Below, in pieces: positions 25,876 to 34,564 of a stretch of 64,000 nucleotides of DNA. Numbering within the stretch: position 1 is the first letter of the stretch; each line of letters starts with the position of its first letter. The notes under the pieces were generated by a model, which saw only the letters and a list, made by a program, of their open reading frames with translations, was not told the origin of the DNA and ran no database searches. The translations under genes and the position numbers were made by a program. Source of the stretch: an uncultured virus (IMG/VR IMGVR_UViG_3300027278_000424) (taxonomy: Duplodnaviria > Heunggongvirae > Uroviricota > Caudoviricetes); the IMG/VR virus record IMGVR_UViG_3300027278_000424, one strand, 5' to 3'.

Positions 25876-26828
25876 AAATTAGAACAGCAGAATTCGTATC
25901 ACCAAGACACCCAGACAAATTATGTGATGGAGTATCAGACGCAATCTTAGACGCTTATTTAGCCGGTGATCCAGATTCTAGATGTGCAATCGAAACCATG
26001 GGAGGTCATGGTAAAGTATTTATTACAGGAGAGGTTACATCTAAAACTAAAGTAAATGACTCTACTATTAAAGCTTATGTAGCTAACCTAACAGGTATCA
26101 CAGACGTAACTATTAACCTAGTTATTCAATCACCAGAAATAGCCCAAGGGGTAGATACCGGAGGAGCTGGTGATCAGGGTATTATGATAGGTTATGCTTG
26201 TAACGATAACAACGAACAGGTACCTCAAGAGTACTACCTTGCTAGAAAATTAAACAGAGAGATATACAGAAAGTATCCATTCGATGGAAAGACACAAGTT
26301 ACATTAAGCGGTAAGAGTGTTAGGGTTGTAGCGTCATTTCAAAATGCTCCAAAAGCAGACTTAGAAACTATGTGTACAGATTTTTTCAAAAGAGAAAAAT
26401 ACACAATTAAAGAACTTCACTGTAATCCAGCCGGAGATTGGAAACAAGGAGGTTTTGATGCAGATGCAGGAGTTACTGGAAGAAAATTAGCCGTTGATAA
26501 TTACGGACCTAGAGTGCCAATCGGAGGAGGAGCTTTCTCAGGTAAAGATGCAACTAAAGTAGATAGATCGGCAGCCTATATGGCAAGACGTGTTGCTGTA
26601 GACTACCTCAAAAAGTATAAAGCAAGTGAAGTTATCGTTCAGCTATCTTATGCTATTGGGTATGATCAACCTTTACAGGCATTAGCACAGGTAGACGGTA
26701 AAGATATACAAATTAAAGATTACGATTTATCTCCAAAAGGAATCATAGAGTTTCTAGATTTAAAGAAACCAATGTTCTTTGAAACTTCAAAATGGGGAGC
26801 GATGGGTAACAATTTTAACTGGAAATAA
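25872..26828 (+). CDS. metK: S-adenosylmethionine synthetase (compact)
   Basis: HPDKLCD, GAGDQG, DGKTQV, GRKLAVDNYG, GGGAFSGKDATKVDRS. Confidence 0.95.
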   Translation: MKIRTAEFVSPRHPDKLCDGVSDAILDAYLAGDPDSRCAIETMGGHGKVFITGEVTSKTKVNDSTIKAYVANLTGITDVTINLVIQSPEIAQGVDTGGAGDQGIMIGYACNDNNEQVPQEYYLARKLNREIYRKYPFDGKTQVTLSGKSVRVVASFQNAPKADLETMCTDFFKREKYTIKELHCNPAGDWKQGGFDADAGVTGRKLAVDNYGPRVPIGGGAFSGKDATKVDRSAAYMARRVAVDYLKKYKASEVIVQLSYAIGYDQPLQALAQVDGKDIQIKDYDLSPKGIIEFLDLKKPMFFETSKWGAMGNNFNWK

Positions 26829-26842
26829 ATAAAATAAATGTT

Positions 26843-27109
26843 ATGAGTGATTCAATTAAAAAGTACGAAGAGTTAGTAGAAGAAGGTAGAATATCAACCA
26901 CTGGTCCAAAAACAACCTATATCTATGAATCTCCAGATAAAGGAGAAACTGTCACTAGAAGACCTTTTCTAGGTGACATCTCAGATAGAGAGCTAATTAA
27001 AAAACCTATCTTAAGTGAAGGAGATAAAAAACTAGCTTACAATATTTTAATTGAATACTCAGAAGCATCTATATTAGAAGCAGCTAGAATTTTACAGAGT
27101 GGAAGATAA
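26843..27109 (+). CDS. Hypothetical protein
   Basis: Contains IYESPDKGETVTRR. Confidence 0.7.
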   Translation: MSDSIKKYEELVEEGRISTTGPKTTYIYESPDKGETVTRRPFLGDISDRELIKKPILSEGDKKLAYNILIEYSEASILEAARILQSGR

Positions 27110-27536
27110 AATTTGGTACAGTATTGAAAATAGAATGCCGTACGGGGAGGTAAAAGGAGTCGTACAGGTAACCAATTCTAATTCTTTCAAATTTATTAAG
27201 GAAATACAAGAAAGTATAGAAGCTTTCAATAGAGAAATAGAATGGGATCAAATGTGGGATTTAAAAGAAACCCAAAAACGGTTCTCTAATAATGAAGTTT
27301 TATTTTTACTTCGTGATAAAAAAGGAGCTTTAGGGCATGTATGGTTTGATGAAGACTATCTTTATAATATGTTTGTTAGTGATAGAAGAGAAGCTGGGAT
27401 GCCAGTAAAATTTATCCTACATTGCTTCAACTATACACCGTATAAAGAAATCAGACTTTATTGTGATAAGTGGAACTATAGGGCACAGAAATTCTTTGAA
27501 AAAGTTGGAGCTAAAGAAATTTCTTCTTATCTTTAA
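27099..27536 (+). CDS. GNAT-like acetyltransferase
   Basis: LYNMFV and N.RAQKFFEKVG motifs; GTG start. Confidence 0.6.
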   Translation: MEDKIWYSIENRMPYGEVKGVVQVTNSNSFKFIKEIQESIEAFNREIEWDQMWDLKETQKRFSNNEVLFLLRDKKGALGHVWFDEDYLYNMFVSDRREAGMPVKFILHCFNYTPYKEIRLYCDKWNYRAQKFFEKVGAKEISSYL

Positions 27537-27538
27537 GT

Positions 27539-28045
27539 ATGAATATAAATCTACCCTATAGTCCGACTACTAGTCTAGAAGAATTAGAAGATCACCTAAC
27601 TACTAACTACTTCAAAAAACCTTACGATAGGTTTATGTGGTGGAGAAGTTATACGTTAAAGAATAAACCTCTTACTTCTAGACATCCATTTAAGGATAGA
27701 ATACTTAACGGTGATTTCGATATAGGTTCGTTTAAGTATGAAGCCCAAGTTGTAGAACATAGAATGAACGACAAATGGAGAGAGCTTTATAGGGATACCG
27801 GAAGGTATGTAGAAGAGACTTCTTTAGATAGAGCTAGACGTAAAAGACTATTAGAAGACTTTGAAAAGGACGAAGCTAATAAACTTCAGGAACTTGAAAG
27901 AGGATTCTTACAGACGTTTAAACTTACTAAGGAACAGTACGAAGAAGAGGTAATGAATACCGACTTAGAGCTAATAGAATTATACTTTTATATTGAAGAA
28001 AAATACGGGACATATTGGAAACCCGCTAAGATTCCTTTAAAATAG
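27539..28045 (+). CDS. Hypothetical protein
   Basis: 168-aa ORF after a promoter at 27505-27535. Confidence 0.7.
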   Translation: MNINLPYSPTTSLEELEDHLTTNYFKKPYDRFMWWRSYTLKNKPLTSRHPFKDRILNGDFDIGSFKYEAQVVEHRMNDKWRELYRDTGRYVEETSLDRARRKRLLEDFEKDEANKLQELERGFLQTFKLTKEQYEEEVMNTDLELIELYFYIEEKYGTYWKPAKIPLK

Positions 28046-28075
28046 TATATTTATAATAAATACAAATAATCATTT

Positions 28076-28378
28076 ATGAAAACAATTGGAATAATCCTTT
28101 TAATTTTAGTAGTAGTTGCCGGTGGTATTTTCGTAGCAACAAAATTCTTCAAAAAATTTAAAGACGAAGATAATGACGGTATTCCTGATGCTGTAGAGGA
28201 TGCAGTAGAAGACGGGAAAGAAATCATTCAAGATGTTAAAGAAAGAGCAAAAAGAGTTAAAGAAGAACTCGGAGATGTTAAAGATGCAGCTAAAGAGGTA
28301 ATCAATCAGGCTGGAGATGTAGTAGACGCTGCAAAGAAAAAACCAAGAAGAGGAAGAAAACCAAAACAAACCAAATAA
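28076..28378 (+). CDS. Membrane-anchored coiled-coil protein
   Basis: N-terminal TM segment, DEDNDGIPD, basic tail. Confidence 0.7.
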   Translation: MKTIGIILLILVVVAGGIFVATKFFKKFKDEDNDGIPDAVEDAVEDGKEIIQDVKERAKRVKEELGDVKDAAKEVINQAGDVVDAAKKKPRRGRKPKQTK

Positions 28379-28379
28379 T

Positions 28380-28604
28380 ATGAAATTTATTTTAATCGCC
28401 GTAGCTTTAGCAGCAGCAGCATTTTTTATTGCAAAGAAACTTAAAGCTAAAAAAGAAGAAGTAGTAGCGCCTGCTAAAAAGGTAACACCAAAAGCACCTA
28501 CTAAAAAGAAAACTAACACTGTTAAACCAGCAGGAGGAGCATCTTTATCAGAATCAAATTCTAATGGAGATTATTATAGAAAGCCACGTAAGGCAAAGAA
28601 ATAA
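28380..28604 (+). CDS. Membrane-anchored basic protein
   Basis: N-terminal hydrophobic helix; Lys-rich remainder. Confidence 0.6.
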   Translation: MKFILIAVALAAAAFFIAKKLKAKKEEVVAPAKKVTPKAPTKKKTNTVKPAGGASLSESNSNGDYYRKPRKAKK

Positions 28605-28609
28605 TTAAT

Positions 28610-28837
28610 ATGCAACAAAATTTAAATGTCGACATCAATCAAACGACAGGGGTTACATGTGACGAGTGCGGAAACGGATATTTCGAACAACAGCTCGTAC
28701 TTAGAAAAGCATCAGGACTCCTTACAGGAACAGGTCAACCGGCCTACATCCCAATACCCGTTTTCGCTTGTACAAAATGCGGATCCGTCAACGGAGAGTT
28801 CTTACCAAAGGAAATTAAAAGCCTCGATGGGAAATAA
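28610..28837 (+). CDS. Zn-ribbon protein
   Basis: CDECG...CTKCG. Confidence 0.7.
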   Translation: MQQNLNVDINQTTGVTCDECGNGYFEQQLVLRKASGLLTGTGQPAYIPIPVFACTKCGSVNGEFLPKEIKSLDGK

Positions 28838-28980
28838 TTACTCCGGATTACAGGAGGATATATACAATACGGAGGACGATCTCTAGTAATAGATTTCGTT
28901 GTAGGAAGCGAGAGGGGGTGTAGGAACCCCCTTCCGCGTACAAAAAAGACTATTTATATAAAAGGAATGTTACACTTAAA

Positions 28981-29244
28981 ATGTTATTTATGTTAAATTA
29001 TTTAAAACGTAAATGGATGGCTTTTAGAGATATGTTTAAGGATGAAAACGACATCAACGAAAAAAACGTAGTAGGTTTTGCATCATTTGCAGTGATGGTT
29101 GTATTTGCAATTGCAGATATAGTCTCAGGATTTCTGGGTAAAGATTTAGTAGTAAACGAATTTATTTATAATTCATTTGTCATAATTACTTTAGGATCAT
29201 TTGGTATCGCTGAAGCAGGTAAGATATTTGGAAAAAAAGAATAA
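28981..29244 (+). CDS. Two-TM membrane protein, holin-like
   Basis: Two hydrophobic helices and a basic C-terminus; upstream of the candidate endolysin. Confidence 0.55.
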   Translation: MLFMLNYLKRKWMAFRDMFKDENDINEKNVVGFASFAVMVVFAIADIVSGFLGKDLVVNEFIYNSFVIITLGSFGIAEAGKIFGKKE

Positions 29245-29257
29245 ACAGTAACTACTA

Positions 29258-29464
29258 TTGAAAGACAGGATTGTAAATATACTAGCAATAGGTATTCTAA
29301 TACTATTAGGTTTTATAGTAGTAGGAGATTTTGCAGTTGCATTAGAGGAAAATAGACCTATTGATGATTCTGTAATACACCTATTACAAATAACAATTAC
29401 AGGACTTATAGGAATAATAGGAACATACTTCGGTATGAATAATAGTAATAATAATAAAAATTAA
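29258..29464 (+). CDS. Two-TM small membrane protein, holin-like
   Basis: Two hydrophobic helices, IIGTYFG; TTG start. Confidence 0.5.
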   Translation: MKDRIVNILAIGILILLGFIVVGDFAVALEENRPIDDSVIHLLQITITGLIGIIGTYFGMNNSNNNKN

Positions 29465-29478
29465 AAAAAAGAAAGATT

Positions 29479-30300
29479 ATGTCAAATTGGTTTAAAAAAG
29501 CTGCAAATAGTATTAAAAAAGAAACTACTAAAGCTGCTAACACGGTTGCAAAAGAAACTACTAAAGCTGCTAACACGGTTGCAAAAGAAACTACTGATGC
29601 AGCTAACACGGTTGCAAAAGAAACTACTAAAGTAGCCAATCAAGTAGCAAAGACAACTACAAACATCTATACTGATTCTAAAAAAGCAATAGTTCATACA
29701 ACTAATGTAGTAGCTAAAAATACTGAAGAAGCAGCCAAACAAGGATTAGATGTAGCTTCTGATACCTGGAAAGAAGGAAGCAAACAGGCAATCGAATTTG
29801 CTAAAGATGGACTAGAAGTAGTAGAAGATGTGGCAGAAGATATTAAAGACGCAGCAGAAGATGCTGTTGAATGGTTAGACCAAAATGCTTGTTACATTGG
29901 ATTAAATATGGCATTAACAACTGGATGTGTAATGTATTTCACTCCTAAACCAGCACCAGCTGACCCTGGAACGGTAACATCAACAACTATCAGTGCAACA
30001 ATGATAACAGCAATGTCCACCATGGGTCAAAAAGCAGCAATGGCGGCAGTATCAACAGTAATTGGTAACCTTTTAGCCGATGGAATATTCTTAATCCCAG
30101 GAGTAAAAGGAGCTTGCAATAAAAAATTACTTACAAAGGTACTTACGAATGTAGTAGGACAAGCAAACCCAATATATGCAACAGCAGCTTTATCCACACC
30201 GGCAGGTGTAGGTTTATTTGTAGGCTCAGTAGTATCTCCAATAGTAGCAACACTTATTTGTGAAGGAGTAGTACCAAATGGATTTTCAAAACTAGACTAG
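29479..30300 (+). CDS. Protein with N-terminal 11-aa amphipathic repeats and hydrophobic C-terminal half
   Basis: KETTKAANTVA repeats; several Gly/Ala-rich hydrophobic helices. Confidence 0.75.
   Translation: MSNWFKKAANSIKKETTKAANTVAKETTKAANTVAKETTDAANTVAKETTKVANQVAKTTTNIYTDSKKAIVHTTNVVAKNTEEAAKQGLDVASDTWKEGSKQAIEFAKDGLEVVEDVAEDIKDAAEDAVEWLDQNACYIGLNMALTTGCVMYFTPKPAPADPGTVTSTTISATMITAMSTMGQKAAMAAVSTVIGNLLADGIFLIPGVKGACNKKLLTKVLTNVVGQANPIYATAALSTPAGVGLFVGSVVSPIVATLICEGVVPNGFSKLD
29518..29649 (+). repeat. Coding tandem repeat, 4 x 33 bp
   Basis: aaagaaactactaaagctgctaacacggttgca: two exact copies and two diverged. Confidence 0.9.
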
Positions 30301-30312
30301 TAAAAGCAGATT

Positions 30313-30918
30313 ATGAAGTTTTCAGCAGAGAAAATAAAAAAAGCAGTTGAATCAAAAGGATATAAATTCTTCGAAGGAGGAAACTACAACCTTAATATTA
30401 TAGGAGTTAGAAACTCAGACACTAAAGGTAAAGTTACTAATAGATTTGATGACTTAATTACAGTATCTTACCAAGTAGACGGAGTACAGAAGTATCATGA
30501 ATTCGATGCAACTACCGATCCAGGTTCTCATTGGGAAAGGAATTTACTTAATGAAGACGGAGTAGCAATACTATGCCCAGGTCAGTATAGAGGTTCCCAT
30601 ACTATTGGAATGCATCAAGGTAAATACGAGGCTCTAAAACAACAGAAACCTGTCAAAGTTTACCGAGATAATAACAAAGACGGTGATTATGATATGTTAG
30701 AAGAAAATATCAAAGAAGGTATTTTTGGAATCAACATTCATAGAGCTACAGCTAAAGAAGGAGGAAAGTCCACTCAAGTTGACAAATGGTCTGCAGGGTG
30801 TCAGGTAATAGCAGCAAATAGTGATTTTAAACTACTTATGGAATTAGCTCACAAAGCAGCAGACTTGTACGGTAAATCATTTACCTATACGTTAATTGAA
30901 TCAAAAGACATCTTATAG
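30313..30918 (+). CDS. Probable endolysin (L,D-transpeptidase/YkuD-like Cys-His enzyme)
   Basis: GINIH...WSAGCQV fits the HX14-17SxGC pattern; lysis-like context. Confidence 0.6.
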   Translation: MKFSAEKIKKAVESKGYKFFEGGNYNLNIIGVRNSDTKGKVTNRFDDLITVSYQVDGVQKYHEFDATTDPGSHWERNLLNEDGVAILCPGQYRGSHTIGMHQGKYEALKQQKPVKVYRDNNKDGDYDMLEENIKEGIFGINIHRATAKEGGKSTQVDKWSAGCQVIAANSDFKLLMELAHKAADLYGKSFTYTLIESKDIL

Positions 30919-30953
30919 TTGTCTAATAGGAAATAAATACCTATCTTAAAGTT

Positions 30954-31340
30954 ATGAGCACAAGAAATACATTAATATTAGGTCTAGCAGGTGTCGCTAT
31001 ATTCTATTTGTTATATAAACAAAAAGAGTTCGATACCTCTTCCTATCTTAATAAGATAGTAGATCTTGAGAAAAAAGTAGATTCGCTTCATAGTCAAAAT
31101 AAAACACTTAATGTAGAACTAAAAACTTTAGAAGATGCATTAGCTAGGTATGACAAAGAAGTAGATAGTCTAGAAAATAGTATAGTAATAATAAAAAGAA
31201 GAACGGATGAAAAACTACGTAATGTTAGTAGTCTTACTCTGTCTGAGCTTCAAAGCTTTTTCACAGAAAGATACAATTCAAGTAGTACGCCTACAGGAAC
31301 CAATAGCCCGACTAGTGGTGAAGGATCTGATAATAGGTGA
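30954..31340 (+). CDS. N-terminal TM plus coiled-coil protein (i-spanin-like)
   Basis: TM anchor and heptad-rich body; its 3' end overlaps the next ORF by 134 nt. Confidence 0.55.
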   Translation: MSTRNTLILGLAGVAIFYLLYKQKEFDTSSYLNKIVDLEKKVDSLHSQNKTLNVELKTLEDALARYDKEVDSLENSIVIIKRRTDEKLRNVSSLTLSELQSFFTERYNSSSTPTGTNSPTSGEGSDNR

Positions 31341-31605
31341 TGGCTTACAGAAAGAACTTGCTGTATCTAGATTAGTTATAGAAACACTAAAAACTAAATC
31401 CATTACTCAAGACAGCATTATATTTAATTTTAAATCTCAAGTACTTAATTTAAATTCAATATTAATTACTAAAGATGAGCAATTTAAGATACAAGAAAAA
31501 CTTTCTAAAGACTTACAACAAGCTCTTAAGAAAGAGAAGTTTAAAAATAAGTTATTCTCAATAGGTACACCAGTCTTAATTTTAGGCGCATTACTTTTGA
31601 AATAA
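31207..31605 (+). CDS. Secreted coiled-coil protein (spanin partner-like)
   Basis: Signal peptide ending AFS/Q, coiled coil, hydrophobic C-terminus. Confidence 0.55.
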   Translation: MKNYVMLVVLLCLSFKAFSQKDTIQVVRLQEPIARLVVKDLIIGDGLQKELAVSRLVIETLKTKSITQDSIIFNFKSQVLNLNSILITKDEQFKIQEKLSKDLQQALKKEKFKNKLFSIGTPVLILGALLLK

Positions 31606-32777
31606 TGATTGAAACTATAAAAAGAAATACACTACCTACCATAATTGCGTTAGCAGCACTTTCAGTATCAGCATCAGCAGCATTTTATTCTGTTAGTGGA
31701 CTAAGTAAATTATTTGCAGGAGCAGCATTAGAGGTAACAATAATGGCTGGTTCATTAGAGGTAGCTAAGCTTGTTATCGCTTCACTTCTTTACCAATACT
31801 GGGATACATTAAATAAGTACCTTAGAACCTATCTCTCCATTGCAGCCTTTGTACTAGTATTGATTACTAGTATGGGTATATATGGATTTTTAAGTGCGGC
31901 ATATCAAGACACATACAGGCAATTAACAGTTAAAGAGAATCAAACTGCATTCCTAACCCAAAAGAAAGATTTCTATGAAAAAGATGTTATCAGATATGAT
32001 GGCGAACTTGAAAGAATCTCTAGCAATATTTCTACTCTCAGTAACGCAAAATCTACCGCAATCCAAATTAAGGACACATCGGTGGTTGGAGGCGTTAGAA
32101 CCACCATCTCTACTGCAGAGCTTAGACTTGCCCAGCAGCGTATCGGAGTTGAAGAGGAGAATAGAAAACAAGTACAAGCTAAAAGAGAAATAGCAGCAGA
32201 TAGCTTACAAAAATACCAACTTCAGATATTAGATTTAGATAACAATACAGAAGTAGCCGGAGAATTAGGACCATTACAGTACCTTTCCGGACTTACAGGA
32301 GCTCCGATGGATAAGATTATAAACATCTTACTCCTTGTAATCATATTTGTATTTGATCCTTTAGCTATATCACTTGTAATAGCAGCTAACTTCGCTTTTG
32401 ATCAGGCCAAACCTAAATGGAACCTTTATGGAGAAATAGAAGATGATTTTAGTGAATGGGATGATTTAGATGAAGAAGAACCTAACGGAGATCTTAAAAG
32501 AGCTGCTGAAAAATATAAAGAAATTAGTAGAGATGAATTAGTATCCGAAGAAGAGATAATGGAAGACCTTGACCCTAAAGAAATAGAAGTCATAGATCCA
32601 GAAACCGTTACAGGAGAAGAAGAATGGAGAACATTGAATGAGGACGATACTGAAATAAAAGAAAAAAAAGTAACCCGTATACTTCAAAAAACTCCTTCTA
32701 AAAGAAGAGTAGAATTCTCTGATGGCACCCAAGGATGGGTTGATAAAGGAGATGAGGATAAGATAATCTATATGTAA
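31605..32777 (+). CDS. Multi-TM coiled-coil membrane protein
   Basis: Three N-terminal TM segments, coiled coil, IIFVFDPLAI TM, acidic tail. Confidence 0.75.
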   Translation: MIETIKRNTLPTIIALAALSVSASAAFYSVSGLSKLFAGAALEVTIMAGSLEVAKLVIASLLYQYWDTLNKYLRTYLSIAAFVLVLITSMGIYGFLSAAYQDTYRQLTVKENQTAFLTQKKDFYEKDVIRYDGELERISSNISTLSNAKSTAIQIKDTSVVGGVRTTISTAELRLAQQRIGVEEENRKQVQAKREIAADSLQKYQLQILDLDNNTEVAGELGPLQYLSGLTGAPMDKIINILLLVIIFVFDPLAISLVIAANFAFDQAKPKWNLYGEIEDDFSEWDDLDEEEPNGDLKRAAEKYKEISRDELVSEEEIMEDLDPKEIEVIDPETVTGEEEWRTLNEDDTEIKEKKVTRILQKTPSKRRVEFSDGTQGWVDKGDEDKIIYM

Positions 32778-32822
32778 TATAACTTTACCAATATTTATTA
32801 ATAAACATAAAACAATATAACA

Positions 32823-33086
32823 ATGAGTGAAGAATTAAACTTTGAAGAGCAGCCAATCTTTGTACCTCAAGAAGAAGTACAGGAAATAGCTGAACAAACT
32901 CCTGAAGAAGCTCCTGCACCAGTAGAAGTTAAAAAAGTTAAAGAAGTAAAAAAATCAAACGAGGTGAAGGTAGTTAGAATAGTTCAACACTTACCTAGTG
33001 GATATAGATTACTTTTAGAAGGAGGAGAAATTGTTAAAGTAAGAAAATCTCAGTTCATACAAGGACAGAAGACAGTAAAACTTTAA
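32823..33086 (+). CDS. Hypothetical protein
   Basis: Acidic N-terminus, basic beta-rich C-terminus. Confidence 0.65.
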   Translation: MSEELNFEEQPIFVPQEEVQEIAEQTPEEAPAPVEVKKVKEVKKSNEVKVVRIVQHLPSGYRLLLEGGEIVKVRKSQFIQGQKTVKL

Positions 33087-33109
33087 AACTTTTTTTAAAC
33101 AAAATATGT

Positions 33110-33137
33110 AAAAGAGTTGTCTAACGACGACTCTTTT
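33110..33137 (+). terminator. Hairpin/terminator overlapping a promoter
   Basis: AAAAGAGTTGTC-TAAC-GACGACTCTTTT; contains TTG(33117) of the promoter with -7 box at 33140-33147. Confidence 0.65.
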
Positions 33138-33169
33138 CTTATATTTATAGTATAGATAATTAATTAGTT

Positions 33170-33478
33170 ATGAGTAAAAATAGCGATATTTACGGAACAT
33201 GGACAATGGACAGTACAGCAGGGACTGTAAAAACAGATAAGTATGTCCAATCAGTAAAAAAAGCATTTGAACAAAGATCTCAAACTGGGATCAAAAAGTA
33301 CAATACTACTTTAGAAAGAGAAGATCTAAACTTCCTTGATTGGTTACAGCATCTACAAGAAGAATTGATGGATGCTACATTGTATGTTGAACGATTAAAA
33401 ACAAGTTATGCCGAAGAAGTTACCAAAGTTAGTAAAGGAAGTATGGGAAAGCAAACTAAAGCAGAGCCCAAAGAGTAA
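33170..33478 (+). CDS. Hypothetical protein, possibly MazG-like all-alpha
   Basis: RSQTGIKKYNTTL...HLQEELMDATLY acidic motif. Confidence 0.55.
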   Translation: MSKNSDIYGTWTMDSTAGTVKTDKYVQSVKKAFEQRSQTGIKKYNTTLEREDLNFLDWLQHLQEELMDATLYVERLKTSYAEEVTKVSKGSMGKQTKAEPKE

Positions 33479-34346
33479 CAAACACATTTCCTACTCACAG
33501 TTAAATTCTTTCGCTTCTTGTCAAAAACAATGGTACTTACAGTACGTTAAGAAATTAGCTCCTTATGAAGGTTCCATTCATGCTATGTTTGGAACTGCAA
33601 TGCATGAAACTATTCAGACTTGGTTGACAACTTTGTATTACGATAAAGTTAAAACTGCTAATGAGATGGACTTAGATGCTTTACTGTATGAGAATATGGT
33701 TAAAGCATATAAATCTACTAAAGCACAGAATAGCTTTCAGGAATTTACTTCATTAGAGGAAATGAATATGTTTTACTTAGACGGCAAACACATCTTAAAC
33801 TTTTTAAAGAAAAAAAGAGGTGGGTACTTTAGTACTAAGGGAACTTATTTGGCCGGTGTAGAGACGCTACTATACCAAGAATTACGCCCTGGAGTACAGT
33901 TTAAAGGCTTCATCGATTTAGTATTTTATAGTGAAGTATTAGATGAATGGACAATCATTGATATTAAAACCTCCACTTCAGGATGGAATGATTACGCTAA
34001 GAAGGACGATAACAAGATTGCACAAATTCTACTCTATAAAGAGTTCTTTTCCAAGCAGTTTGATATTCCAATTGATAAAATAAATGTAGAGTACTTTATA
34101 CTGAAACGTAAGGTACCAAAAGATGCTGAGTTTGCTGCAATGGAACGTAGAGTACAGCAATTTAGACCTCCGTCCGGAAAGATTAAAAGAGGTCAAGCAG
34201 TATCACTAATGAATAATTTTGTAGAGACAGCAGTCGATATAGATGGTGAGTATATTGATAAAGACTATCCAACTTCTCCTTCGAAAAGTACATGTATGTT
34301 TTGTGCTTTTAAGAAAATGAGGATATGTCCTGATGCTGTTTTATAA
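33408..34346 (+). CDS. PD-(D/E)XK Cas4/RecB-like exonuclease
   Basis: SYSQL...C, GTAMHE, KGFIDL, IIDIKT, QILLY, C-terminal CxxC...C. Confidence 0.85.
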   Translation: MPKKLPKLVKEVWESKLKQSPKSNKHISYSQLNSFASCQKQWYLQYVKKLAPYEGSIHAMFGTAMHETIQTWLTTLYYDKVKTANEMDLDALLYENMVKAYKSTKAQNSFQEFTSLEEMNMFYLDGKHILNFLKKKRGGYFSTKGTYLAGVETLLYQELRPGVQFKGFIDLVFYSEVLDEWTIIDIKTSTSGWNDYAKKDDNKIAQILLYKEFFSKQFDIPIDKINVEYFILKRKVPKDAEFAAMERRVQQFRPPSGKIKRGQAVSLMNNFVETAVDIDGEYIDKDYPTSPSKSTCMFCAFKKMRICPDAVL

Positions 34347-34379
34347 TTTATATATATTTATATATAGAACAATTTAGTT

Positions 34380-34562
34380 ATGAAACAAGACGAAAAACTT
34401 ACCTCGGTAAAAATCACACAGCCATTATTTGATGAATTCAAGATGGCATCATTACAAAACAACTTTTCATTTAAAAAGCTTGCAGATCGTGCAATTTATC
34501 TTTATCTTACTGATAGAGACTTCCGTGAAAAAGTACACAAACAGAATAACATTAAACTTTAA
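34380..34562 (+). CDS. Small DNA-binding protein (ribbon-helix-helix-like)
   Basis: KLTSVKI strand followed by two helices. Confidence 0.55.
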   Translation: MKQDEKLTSVKITQPLFDEFKMASLQNNFSFKKLADRAIYLYLTDRDFREKVHKQNNIKL

Positions 34563-34564
34563 TA

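Noticed and set aside
29518..29649. 33-bp repeats as a CRISPR array (a Cas4-like gene is 4 kb away)
   Set aside because: The repeats are contiguous with no spacers and keep an 11-aa reading frame; no cas1/cas2 in the window.
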